Below, piece by piece: positions 54,764-63,681 of a stretch of DNA of 64,000 bases. Numbering within the stretch: the first letter of the stretch is position 1; every line of letters starts with the position of its first letter. This DNA comes from an uncultured Methanosarcinales archaeon (lineage in GTDB: Archaea > Nanobdellota > Nanobdellia > Woesearchaeales > GW2011-AR9). The stretch spans positions 339,033 through 403,032 of the forward strand of contig CAZCGN010000001.1 in assembly GCA_964498285.1 (NCBI GenBank), read 5' to 3'. Under the pieces are notes generated by a model. That model worked only from the letters and a program-made list of their open reading frames with translations, was not told the DNA's origin and searched no databases. Made by a program: the position numbers and the translations under genes.

Positions 54764-56356
54764 TTATGCTGCAAAACCAAACTCTTTGGCCATTTTGTAT
54801 GGTACAAGATTGCCCCTGTTAGCTAAAAATCTTGGATCGAAATTTCCTTTTACTCGTGCAATTTCACGCAGGATTATATCTTCTCCGCCAGCCTCAATTT
54901 GAAGAAGTGGAACTTCTTTTCCATCAATTAAGGCGCCTTTCTTCCCAACATTGTGTTCAGAGCTAACCGTACCACCAAGCTCTGCTGCTTTTTGAGCAAT
55001 CTGTCCATACAACCTTTGCGCAACAGCATATTCTCTCTCATTTGTTGCAATGAAATTAAGGTGAACATGACAATCACCTATGTGTCCCCACTTAGCGCTT
55101 GTAACATCATCTCTTCCGCATTCTGCTGCAAATTCACGCTGTTTTTCTCTAAGATATGCATGCATTTCGCGATAATGTTCTACGGGAACACTTGCATCCG
55201 TCCCCATCTTTTTCCACACCATTTCATTAAGTCTCGTGGGAACGCTTTCTCTAAACTGACGAAGTGTATCTCCAACCAAACACCAGCCTTCCTTATCACC
55301 GTAAGGAAAGGATCCAAATAATCGTTCCATTGTAGGAAAATCATCTTTGAAAAACTCATACTGAACTGCAGCACGCGCACTAGCAGGCACACTTGCCCTG
55401 CCTCTTGCAAGTCTAAGCGCTCCTTCATCATAATATTCTAATGATGCGATTCCTTGGAAATTAATCAAAGGATCTCTAGAATATACTCCTCTGCTTGCCC
55501 TAAACATTCGCATTGAGTCCACAAAATCAAGCGCGCCATCATCACTTTCGAAGAAAAATAAACCTGTTTCAATTTTACGATACTCTAAAAGGTCTAATCC
55601 TATCTCTACAAAAGTTCCAACGATTCCTTCTGAGCCAATAAGTAAATCAATTAAATCCATCCCCTCGCCCGAGTACATTCCAGCAGCCGTGTTCTTAAAC
55701 ACATGTGGCCTTTTAGAGGAAGGAATTGGTATTCTGTATTCTGTCCTTTCATCTGTTTTGAAAGTAAGTATCCCGTCTCTAGAGATATTATCCCCACGAT
55801 GCAGCCGTAAAGATTCTCCATTTGGCAATATCGTATGGAGGTACGAAACATAATCCCGCATTGTACCAAATCCAAATGTTCTTGCACCTGAGGCGTTTGT
55901 TGCAACATTCCCCCCAGCTAGCGCCCCACGGTAGGTTGCATCTGGTGGCAACCAAAGTCTTTTTGAAGCTAAGAGAGTATCAAGGGTTCCCATTTGAACT
56001 CCTGGAGCCAAACGAAGATGGTTACGTCTTTTATGAAGAACTACTCTTACGGTTCCACGATCTACACGATGGTCTAACGTCTGATATCCTCGCCTTGGTC
56101 TGACACGTAACATTTCTTCAAGACACATTACCCTTCCACCATGGGTTGGAACGCACGCGCTTGTCAACCCTGAACCAGCACCGCGAACAGTTACTAGAGT
56201 ATTAGTGGCTACACTATGTTCAAGAAGTCGGACGACATCATGCTTTGTTTGAGGAAAGAAAATTCCACTAACTAACGCCGGATCTGCTCGATGTATCTTT
56301 GCTGCATCGTGCATAAAACGCATGCCTGCCAATTCTACATCCTTTATAATTTTCAC
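54764..56356 (-). CDS. FAD-linked oxidase (GlcD / D-lactate dehydrogenase-like)
   Basis: PCMH-type FAD-binding domain (VTVRGAGSGLTS) and C-terminal GGTVSSEHNVGKKG. Confidence 0.75.
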   Translation of the reverse strand: MKIIKDVELAGMRFMHDAAKIHRADPALVSGIFFPQTKHDVVRLLEHSVATNTLVTVRGAGSGLTSACVPTHGGRVMCLEEMLRVRPRRGYQTLDHRVDRGTVRVVLHKRRNHLRLAPGVQMGTLDTLLASKRLWLPPDATYRGALAGGNVATNASGARTFGFGTMRDYVSYLHTILPNGESLRLHRGDNISRDGILTFKTDERTEYRIPIPSSKRPHVFKNTAAGMYSGEGMDLIDLLIGSEGIVGTFVEIGLDLLEYRKIETGLFFFESDDGALDFVDSMRMFRASRGVYSRDPLINFQGIASLEYYDEGALRLARGRASVPASARAAVQYEFFKDDFPTMERLFGSFPYGDKEGWCLVGDTLRQFRESVPTRLNEMVWKKMGTDASVPVEHYREMHAYLREKQREFAAECGRDDVTSAKWGHIGDCHVHLNFIATNEREYAVAQRLYGQIAQKAAELGGTVSSEHNVGKKGALIDGKEVPLLQIEAGGEDIILREIARVKGNFDPRFLANRGNLVPYKMAKEFGFAA

Positions 56357-56411
56357 ATTGATTCTTCAAAAAGATTCTTTAATAAACATTTAGGGTGTAG
56401 AATTGTTATTT

Positions 56412-56894
56412 TTATAGAGATTGTGAACACAATCTAAAATCCATCCTGTCAACATGAGTCACTAATCTTGTGCCAATGTCACTTCTCCCTCGAAAAACGT
56501 GATAGTTCCAAAAACGTGTTTCTGGCATAGATACGCCATACTCTGTTGATGCAGCCGAACCATTTCTAAGAACAGCGTCAATTGATGGATGTGGCTTTGC
56601 GAAAGATGGCGCTTCAATTCGAACTGTTGCCATTCTTCCTTGATAAATAACTTCTCTTTTTCCTAAAAAATCATTCCGGGGAAAGAAGTACAAAAAACCC
56701 TCTTGAGGCCTAATTTGTAAGGTATCATCCGATTCTACTTCTACAGAAAGTCTTACTTGAAGACCTCTCTGGTTCATCACATAATACGCACTAATGAAAT
56801 GATCAACTAACCTGCGTTCGGAATCACTTTTATATCTGATATCAGGTATTAGAACACATGTTGAAAGATGTAACCTACTAACCATCAAAAACAT
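56412..56894 (-). CDS. Hypothetical protein (Arg-rich)
   Basis: Intact 160-aa ORF. I recognise no motif. Confidence 0.4.
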   Translation of the reverse strand: MFLMVSRLHLSTCVLIPDIRYKSDSERRLVDHFISAYYVMNQRGLQVRLSVEVESDDTLQIRPQEGFLYFFPRNDFLGKREVIYQGRMATVRIEAPSFAKPHPSIDAVLRNGSAASTEYGVSMPETRFWNYHVFRGRSDIGTRLVTHVDRMDFRLCSQSL

Positions 56895-56968
56895 GAAGAG
56901 AGTATCTAACTATAAAAGAACATATGAGCTCAAATACAATGATAATTAAATAGTAGAAAGTCTTTTCA

Positions 56969-57553
56969 TTAACTTTCTTTTACTAATCGCACAACACCTT
57001 CAGCTATTTCATTTTCTTTACGGCGCTTTTCTAAGAATTTAAACACTGTTTTGTGCATAGCACCACCCAAAAGCATGCTCACTGCCTGATGGGCTAAGGT
57101 TACAGCCATAGCCTCACCAATAATGGAAACGGTTTTTCCATACACTGAAATTGAAGTTCCTGTAAACTCTTCAAGTTGAGCGCGGGATTTTCCTGCTTGG
57201 CCAATGATTCGCCCCTTCAATCTTTCGATCGAACTTTTTGATTTCCCTACAACATCTTTAAGACTAATTATTTCTAAGACAACATCCACTTTAAGTAACT
57301 GGAGTGCAATGTTTGGGTTGAACCCTCGACCTATTGCACGGACAATTTCGCGTGTTGCATACAATTTAATGGCATCAGTCCCAACAATATTTACATTTCC
57401 TTCAGTTGAGATATCTAAAGAACAGCAAGATTCTTTTTCTATTCGGTTTTTTGTTGCACCCTCTTTACCAATAAGAATAGCAATACGCTCATGGGGAATC
57501 TTTACATCATACGAGAACTCATCAGCTCCACTCATGCTTTCTTCTGGTGTCAT
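56969..57553 (-). CDS. Double KH-domain RNA-binding protein (Dim2/Pno1-like)
   Basis: Two KH GxxG loops (IGKEGATKNRIE, IGQAGKSRAQLE). Conserved pairing with the rio kinase gene. Confidence 0.8.
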   Translation of the reverse strand: MTPEESMSGADEFSYDVKIPHERIAILIGKEGATKNRIEKESCCSLDISTEGNVNIVGTDAIKLYATREIVRAIGRGFNPNIALQLLKVDVVLEIISLKDVVGKSKSSIERLKGRIIGQAGKSRAQLEEFTGTSISVYGKTVSIIGEAMAVTLAHQAVSMLLGGAMHKTVFKFLEKRRKENEIAEGVVRLVKES

Positions 57554-57562
57554 TCGACTAAT

Positions 57563-58270
57563 TTATTCTGTTACCTGTTTAAAAAGCTTCTGCTCATCAA
57601 GAATAACGCCAATTTTTTTTGCAAATGTTGCAATATTATGCAGGTCGCGTTTGAGAAGTTCATGTGCGTTTTGACTTTTAGCAAGAGTACTTTGTGAGAA
57701 ATCAATAAGAACTGGCTTTTTTCCATCATACAAGATATTGAACGCTGAAAGATCACCGTGAACAAGACCTGCTTTTTGATATAATTTCTTTATTTGCGTA
57801 ATAATGGTTGCAATACATTTTGCAGGATCTTTAATCAGGCTGTTTTTTAATTGAGGTGCAGGTTCTTTTGTTCCAATCATTTCTTCAACGAGCACATTAT
57901 TAAGAACTGCAATCGGTTTTGGCGCGTAAACTCCCTCGGATGCTGCTTTATGAAGATTCTTGAACTCTCGTTGGGTCCAGGCAAAAATGATCTCTCGCCT
58001 TCTTTTTTTGAGCTTATCATACCGCGAATCTTGCCTAATATACTTATACATTTGATTAAAATCACACGTCTGAATACGATAAATTTTCACAATAACCTTT
58101 CCAAGTCCCTTGCGCGCAATAAAGACATTACTCTCTTTACCTACAAATAAAGGACTCAAAAGTTCATCAAAGTGCCCTTGTGTACTTAACTTAAAGAGCG
58201 TTCGCTTGGTGAACTGGTCAAATACACCCTTCTCTGTTCTAAAACGCTCTTGGTACGTTAATGTGGCCAT
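57563..58270 (-). CDS. rio1: RIO-type serine protein kinase (Rio1-like)
   Basis: VGKESNVFIA, catalytic GLVHGDLSAFNILY, and metal-binding IDFSQS. Confidence 0.85.
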   Translation of the reverse strand: MATLTYQERFRTEKGVFDQFTKRTLFKLSTQGHFDELLSPLFVGKESNVFIARKGLGKVIVKIYRIQTCDFNQMYKYIRQDSRYDKLKKRRREIIFAWTQREFKNLHKAASEGVYAPKPIAVLNNVLVEEMIGTKEPAPQLKNSLIKDPAKCIATIITQIKKLYQKAGLVHGDLSAFNILYDGKKPVLIDFSQSTLAKSQNAHELLKRDLHNIATFAKKIGVILDEQKLFKQVTE

Positions 58271-58351
58271 TAGTAAATAAAAGAGAATTTTCTTTAAAAA
58301 ACTATGCAGATGACTAGTTTACCACGTTCCAGTGACTACAGAATAGAAACA

Positions 58352-58359
58352 TTTATATA
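58352..58359 (+). promoter_or_regulatory. Orphan consensus TATA box
   Basis: TTTATATA preceded by purine-rich AGAAAC (BRE-like). No plus-strand protein gene follows within 500 nt. Confidence 0.35.
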
Positions 58360-58382
58360 CGAGCACCCCCAACCAGTAGTCA

Positions 58383-58440
58383 TAACACCCAAAACCACCT
58401 CTTTTCCTCAGTTAACTTCGGTTAACTGAGGTTTCTTTTT
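58383..58440 (+). ncRNA. Candidate ~60-nt small RNA (C-rich 5' part plus terminator-like hairpin)
   Basis: Start predicted about 25 nt after the TATA box. C-rich single-stranded part CACCCAAAACCACCUCUUUU, then the 11-bp hairpin at 58406-58431 and a U tract. Confidence 0.3.
58406..58440 (+). terminator. Perfect 11-bp hairpin with TTCG loop followed by T tract
   Basis: CCTCAGTTAAC-TTCG-GTTAACTGAGG followed by TTTCTTTTT. Confidence 0.5.
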
Positions 58441-58509
58441 ACTCTTTAAATCAAAATCAGGGCCAAATTTATGCTTATTTTATAAAAATTTGAAAAAATA
58501 AGCGAAGAG

Positions 58510-58517
58510 TTTATATA
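58510..58517 (+). promoter_or_regulatory. Second orphan TATA box
   Basis: TTTATATA about 380 nt upstream of the dnaG ATG. Confidence 0.25.
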
Positions 58518-58896
58518 GTTGCAACTTTAGTTGAAAAATGCCCTCACTTGAGAGTACCTAGGGGAGCTTACGGCAAAGCCAAGCGATGATAACAGGGGTT
58601 AGTTGCAGGGCTTCATATTCATTTATCAAATTTACAATATGAAAAAGCGCAAAGGATTTGACACATCTTTTGAAAGAACACAGGCGTAAAAGATAAAGCC
58701 TCAAGATTACATTTACATTAACTTAAGCGTAATCACCGTAGTTTTTGGTGGTTAGATCACCGACATGTACAAGAACCAAAGGAGTGGTTCGCAACGCAGT
58801 CAGAAAAGCTGTACACGTTAGGTGCGAGTAATGTTTCTTGAAGCTGTTTTTACCAAACACATAACTACAAAGCACGTATGTGCGGGGGAAGAAAAA

Positions 58897-60216
58897 ATGG
58901 CAAAAATTAGCCCAATAGCATCAAAATATATTGTTCATGCAACAATTAACATTGACGGGATCGTAGATAGGCCCGATGTCGTTGGAGCAGTCTTCGGACA
59001 AACTGAAGGATTGCTCGGAAACGATTTAGAACTTAGAGAGTTACAACGAAGTGGAAAAATCGGAAGAATTGAAGTTTCACTTAAAACATCTGGTGGGAAA
59101 ACTTCTGGAGAGATTATGATCCCGAGTTCTCTTGATAAGACTGAAACAGCAATCATTGCAGCAGCAATGGAAATTATCCAACGGATTGGTCCATGTAACT
59201 CAAAGGTTGCAATCAAAAGTATTGAAGATGTTCGAGTGAGTAAAAGACAGTTCGTAATTGATAGAGCAAAAGCTCTGCTCAAAAACTTAACACAAAATAC
59301 ACTACCAGACTCGCAAGAAATTGCCGAAGAAGTTTCTAAATCTGTTCGAATGATGGAAATCGGAACGTTCGGCAGAGAAAAGTTACCTTGCGGACCTGCA
59401 CTTGAAGAAAGTGATGAAATTATAATTGTTGAAGGAAGAGCAGACGTACTTACTCTCCTTAAACATGGGTTTAAAAATGTGATTTCCATGGAAGGAAGTT
59501 CAGTTCCACGAACATTAATTGAACTTACACGTAAGAAAGGCTCTATTGTGTTTGTTGATGGAGATCGGGGCGGAATTTTAAACATTCGCGAGCTCGTATC
59601 TGTTGCAGACATTGATTATGTTTCTCGAGCACCTGATGGAAAAGAAGTTGAAGAACTGACCAAAAAAGAGATTCATAAAGCTCTTCGTGGAAGAATCACT
59701 GCAGAACAAGCAAAGCTTGATTTAGGAATCACCAAAGATGGCGAACTCATTAACAAAGATAAAACTCTTGTAAAGAAGGTTATTGGACGTAATGAGAGAG
59801 GCTCTGGGCGAAGACAAAGTGGATACAACACCACTCGTGGGAAAGTGAGTCCTCAAAATAATGGGCGAAGACCGGCACCTTCCGCGCAACGTCCTGCTGT
59901 GCGAGCAGCTCCTCGAGCAAGTGTAAGTGAAGCTGAGAAAAAGAAGTTTAAAGAAACACTTGAAAGCTTGTTTGGAACACGCGGCGCATGTATTTTTGAT
60001 GCAAAACTCAACGTTCTTGGAAAAGTTCCTTTAAGCGAGCTTAAAAGCACTGTGAAAAGTTTGAAAACAGGCATGCATGCACTTGCACTAGATGGATCAG
60101 TTGATGATAAAGAGCTTGTGGGCCTAGCTGAAAGAGTTGGAATTAAATACATTGTCGGCTCAAAAGCAACTGTTCGTTCAGGCAGAGTTTCGATTTTAAC
60201 AGACGCTCAACTATGA
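58897..60216 (+). CDS. dnaG: Archaeal DnaG primase (Toprim) with Arg/Pro-rich insert
   Basis: MAKISPIASKYIVHATINIDGIVDRPDVVGAVFGQTEGLLG matches the archaeal DnaG N-terminus. Toprim IIIVEGRADV...FVDGDRGG. SD-like GGGGGA sits 8 nt upstream. The track ORF begins at 58822. Confidence 0.85.
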   Translation: MAKISPIASKYIVHATINIDGIVDRPDVVGAVFGQTEGLLGNDLELRELQRSGKIGRIEVSLKTSGGKTSGEIMIPSSLDKTETAIIAAAMEIIQRIGPCNSKVAIKSIEDVRVSKRQFVIDRAKALLKNLTQNTLPDSQEIAEEVSKSVRMMEIGTFGREKLPCGPALEESDEIIIVEGRADVLTLLKHGFKNVISMEGSSVPRTLIELTRKKGSIVFVDGDRGGILNIRELVSVADIDYVSRAPDGKEVEELTKKEIHKALRGRITAEQAKLDLGITKDGELINKDKTLVKKVIGRNERGSGRRQSGYNTTRGKVSPQNNGRRPAPSAQRPAVRAAPRASVSEAEKKKFKETLESLFGTRGACIFDAKLNVLGKVPLSELKSTVKSLKTGMHALALDGSVDDKELVGLAERVGIKYIVGSKATVRSGRVSILTDAQL

Positions 60217-60218
60217 GC

Positions 60219-60234
60219 TTTTTTTTTCTTTTTT
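60219..60234 (+). terminator. oligo-T tract after dnaG
   Basis: TTTTTTTTTCTTTTTT immediately after the stop codon. Confidence 0.45.
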
Positions 60235-60317
60235 AGTTTAATTTTTTAACTTTCTCACTGGTTTTTTGAATTTCCTTCACCAAAACTCTTTTATGCTTCT
60301 TTAACTTCGCCCCTGGT

Positions 60318-61700
60318 ATGACCTTTGATATTGTTATTGGCAGAAGTAAAAAAGACATAGAAAAGTACGGCACTAAAGGTACTGTTATGATCGGTAAACA
60401 GTACGTTACTATGGGCCAGACAACGTCTCTTTCAAACCCTATTTTCTTGGATGTGGCTGGAGCGCACGTCGTTTTCATTGTTGGGAAAAGAGGATCAGGC
60501 AAATCGTACACTATGGGTTCTATTGCTGAAGGAATGGCAAATCTTGAGCCGGACGTAAAACAAAATCTTTCAATTATTCTACTAGACACCATGGGAATTT
60601 ATTGGACCATGAAATACCCCAATTTTCAGTCCGCATCCCTGGTAAAAGAGTGGGGGTTTGACCCGCACGGACTTGATGTAAAGATCTACACGCCAAAAGG
60701 GTTCTACTACAAATATAAAAAAGAAGGAATTCCTACAGATTTTCCTTTTTCTATTAGACCACGCGATGTTGGCCCTGAGGATTGGAGTAACGTCTTTAAG
60801 ATTGAAGCAAACACCGCTGCAGGAGTTTTACTCTCAAAGATTGTACAACAGCTGCAGAAAAAAACGATCACAACACACGATGGAAAGGTACAAGAATATA
60901 ATTATAGCATGGACGAGCTCATCGAACTTGTACAAAAAGATCCTGAAAGTGATCATGTAACCAAATCAGTTGTTGCAAACCAGCTTCAAAAAGCACGTGA
61001 TTGGGAAATCTTTTCGCGCGACGGTACACCACTTAAAGATATTGTCTCGTCAGGCCAAGTTACAGTACTCGATGTAAGTCCATATGCAACACTCGCATCA
61101 GGCTGGGACATTAAGGGTCTTGTAGTAGGAATTATTTCTCGAACACTCTTCAAACAACGAATGCTTGCACGTAAAACTGAGGAGTACAAATCTGTGGATG
61201 CTGCCATGCATTATTTTTCAAAAGATACTACACAAAAAATGGATGAACCTCTTGTGTGGATCGCACTTGATGAGGCTCATGAACTTTTGCCACGTGAAGG
61301 AAAAACGGCTGCAACAGAACCTCTTGTAACGATTCTTAGAGAAGGACGCCAGCCAGGCATTAGTTTAATGCTCGTAACACAACAGCCTGCAAAGATTCAC
61401 ACTGATGTGATGACCCAGAGTGATACCGTGATTGCGCATAGGCTCACATCAAAAATGGACATTGAAGCCCTTGGGTCATTAATGCAGAGTTATATGAGAC
61501 GGGGGTTGGATGAAGAAATTAACATGCTTCCTCGCGTGAAAGGTGCTGCAGTGTTGTTTGATGATACGAATGAAACACTTTTTCCTGTGCAGATGAGGCC
61601 TCGCTTTACATGGCACGGGGGTGGTTCGCCCCTTGCAATACCCGAAACTAAGAACAAAGCTGACGAGTTATTGAAAAAGATACGTGAAGTGAGGGGATAA
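60318..61700 (+). CDS. HerA/FtsK-superfamily (DUF87-type) P-loop ATPase
   Basis: N-terminal barrel-like region, Walker A IVGKRGSGKSYTMG, Walker B VWIALDEAHELLP, Arg-finger region ILREGRQPGISLMLVTQQP. Confidence 0.7.
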   Translation: MTFDIVIGRSKKDIEKYGTKGTVMIGKQYVTMGQTTSLSNPIFLDVAGAHVVFIVGKRGSGKSYTMGSIAEGMANLEPDVKQNLSIILLDTMGIYWTMKYPNFQSASLVKEWGFDPHGLDVKIYTPKGFYYKYKKEGIPTDFPFSIRPRDVGPEDWSNVFKIEANTAAGVLLSKIVQQLQKKTITTHDGKVQEYNYSMDELIELVQKDPESDHVTKSVVANQLQKARDWEIFSRDGTPLKDIVSSGQVTVLDVSPYATLASGWDIKGLVVGIISRTLFKQRMLARKTEEYKSVDAAMHYFSKDTTQKMDEPLVWIALDEAHELLPREGKTAATEPLVTILREGRQPGISLMLVTQQPAKIHTDVMTQSDTVIAHRLTSKMDIEALGSLMQSYMRRGLDEEINMLPRVKGAAVLFDDTNETLFPVQMRPRFTWHGGGSPLAIPETKNKADELLKKIREVRG

Positions 61701-61745
61701 AACCCAAAGCTTTTAAAATTCTAAAACATTAGTTCCTCTGTACAC

Positions 61746-62117
61746 ATGTTAGACAAACTTAAATTTTGGAAAAAGCACGATACGTTTGATTTTGATGAGT
61801 TAACATCAAGCTCAGCGAACCTTCCAGGGTCAGTTCCAAAAGATGATCTGGGCCTTGGGCCTTCAGTTATGGATTCTCCCTCTTCTTCGTTTGGACAAAA
61901 ACCACGAGCACAAGCAGCTCGGCCAAGTCCACCCTCGTTTGGTCAGGAGCGAGCAGAACCAGGTTCAGGTGTAAATAAAACAGAAATTGAACTTCTTTCA
62001 AGTAAGCTTGATACAATTAAAGCGTTACTCCAATCATTGGACCAAAGAGTTGCACGAATTGAACAAATCGCTGGTGCTGAACAACAAAAACAGAAAGAAA
62101 CAAGTCATTTGTGGTAG
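61746..62117 (+). CDS. Small protein: disordered Ser/Pro-rich N-terminal part plus C-terminal coiled coil
   Basis: PSSSFGQKPRAQAARPSPPSFGQERAEPG, then a heptad-like IELLSSKLDTIKALLQSLDQRVARIEQI. Confidence 0.45.
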   Translation: MLDKLKFWKKHDTFDFDELTSSSANLPGSVPKDDLGLGPSVMDSPSSSFGQKPRAQAARPSPPSFGQERAEPGSGVNKTEIELLSSKLDTIKALLQSLDQRVARIEQIAGAEQQKQKETSHLW

Positions 62118-62578
62118 CAATGAAGCATGCAAGAAAGTTCTACTTGTTTTTCTTTACAACTTTGCTTGTTGTTGGTGTAGATCAAGTAACAAAATATCTT
62201 GTTAAAAATGCAAAACCGCTCCTCTCATTCCTTTTCTTTCATATACAATACACAGAAAACACGGGCGCGGCGTTTGGTATCCTAAAAAGCAGCACAGGTT
62301 TACTTGCACTTATTTCTCTTATTGTCATTGGAGCAATTATCTATTTTTATCCAAAAATTAAGGAAGAACCTACTTTTGTGCACATTCTGTTCGGATTATT
62401 ATTAGGAGGGACAATTGGAAACGCCATCGATAGAGTGTTTAGAAAATATGTTATTGATTTTTTGGGAACTTCGTTTTGGCCCTCGTTTAATGTTGCTGAT
62501 AGTGCAATAACAATTGGTGTTTTGGGGATTATTGCATATTGGATACTAGAAGAAATTAAAGAAAAAAAGAAAGATTAA
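62111..62578 (+). CDS. lspA: Lipoprotein signal peptidase (signal peptidase II)
   Basis: Conserved LspA boxes: VDQVTK, NTGAAFG, GNAIDR, FNVADSAITIG. Four TM helices. Confidence 0.85.
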   Translation: MVAMKHARKFYLFFFTTLLVVGVDQVTKYLVKNAKPLLSFLFFHIQYTENTGAAFGILKSSTGLLALISLIVIGAIIYFYPKIKEEPTFVHILFGLLLGGTIGNAIDRVFRKYVIDFLGTSFWPSFNVADSAITIGVLGIIAYWILEEIKEKKKD

Positions 62579-63177
62579 TTTTTGATGCAATCGTGGGCCT
62601 TGTACCCTTTCTCCCACGCTTCTTCTTTGGTTTTGAATGTAACCTTGCGCTGAGGATTGATTTTTCGTGCCCATTCACATTTCGGGACATGGTACAGGCT
62701 GCTTCGCTTACTTGCAACAAATCGTCCGCTCGGTCTTCTTGCAGACTTTTTAGGAGTTTTCTTTGAAGCAACTTTCTTTTCTACTGGATCAAACACTTGA
62801 CTATGCTCTGGAACAGAAGCAGGAGATTTCGGTGCTTCTTCTTTTGGAGTTTTGCTCCCTTTTTTCTGTGGAATTATGTTCACAATCAAAAGAAGAACTG
62901 CTACAACAAGCAAAAACCATTGCATACCATGGTTAGTCCATGCAAGGAGAAGAACATTAAGTGCCGCAAGTAACCCTACTGCAAATAAGAATCCTGCCCC
63001 GCTTCTATTTCTTGAAAAGGTAAGTCCAATCAAGCTCAAAAATGCTAGTACAACTAGGCCAATAACTTCGAGTTTAAATAAAAGTCCAAAATAGCCAAGA
63101 GTTGCAAGAAGCATCCCTATAAGTAACACAACCACCAATACTGCTGATAGTAGAAATCTAGATAATCCGTTTGCCAT
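62575..63177 (-). CDS. Membrane protein with C-terminal Ada-like metal-binding motif
   Basis: Four N-terminal TM helices and a basic linker. C-terminus LYHVPKCEWARKINPQRKVTFKTKEEAWEKGYKAHDC resembles the YHxxxC...F.s.eeA...Gy..C motif. Confidence 0.5.
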   Translation of the reverse strand: MANGLSRFLLSAVLVVVLLIGMLLATLGYFGLLFKLEVIGLVVLAFLSLIGLTFSRNRSGAGFLFAVGLLAALNVLLLAWTNHGMQWFLLVVAVLLLIVNIIPQKKGSKTPKEEAPKSPASVPEHSQVFDPVEKKVASKKTPKKSARRPSGRFVASKRSSLYHVPKCEWARKINPQRKVTFKTKEEAWEKGYKAHDCIKN

Positions 63178-63246
63178 AGAAGAAATAAGCGTAAAAAATG
63201 CATTTAAACATTTCTATAGTGAGGAATCTATACTCTAAGAACCAGT

Positions 63247-63567
63247 TTAAAACTCATCTTCAATATTTTTGAGGTATCCTTGACGTTTTAAGAATGCTAC
63301 TTCTGCTTTACTTCGGTATTTGTAGATAATATCACCTTTCTTATCGCCACCAAGTTCCCAAGGCTCAACAATAACCACATTTTGCTCACGGACCCATAAT
63401 GCTCTTCTAAGACGCCCAGGGATTCTACAAATTCGCTCCTTTCCATCCAAACATTGGACAGTCATACGGGATCCACCAAGCCTTCGTTGAACAATGCCAA
63501 GAATTTCTTTACCTTTTGGTATACGTACTCGTAACACGCCTGGTTCTGGAGGAGGTGGTCTTGCCAT
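63247..63567 (-). CDS. eif1a: Translation initiation factor aIF-1A
   Basis: S1-like OB: GIVQRRLGGSRMTVQCLDGKERICRIPGRLRRALWVREQNVVIVEPW. Confidence 0.9.
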   Translation of the reverse strand: MARPPPPEPGVLRVRIPKGKEILGIVQRRLGGSRMTVQCLDGKERICRIPGRLRRALWVREQNVVIVEPWELGGDKKGDIIYKYRSKAEVAFLKRQGYLKNIEDEF

Positions 63568-63681
63568 TTAAAAGATAAATTGCGGCAGCTCCTTTATAAA
63601 ACTTCGTGTAAGAAGAGTCTGGACCCACTGGACAGGTGTGGTAAAAACATATAAAGAAACGATTTGTCAAAGAGTTGATAG

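Noticed and set aside
58540-58615. Possible tRNA-like, SRP or C/D RNA in the GC-richer part of the rio1-dnaG gap
   Set aside because: There is no T-loop, no SRP helix-8 GGAA/AGCA motif and no canonical RUGAUGA/CUGA boxes. It is kept only as part of the intergenic-region finding.
60233-60592. 119-aa minus-strand ORF
   Set aside because: It overlaps the 5' part of the HerA-like gene and the dnaG terminator region, and shows no motifs.
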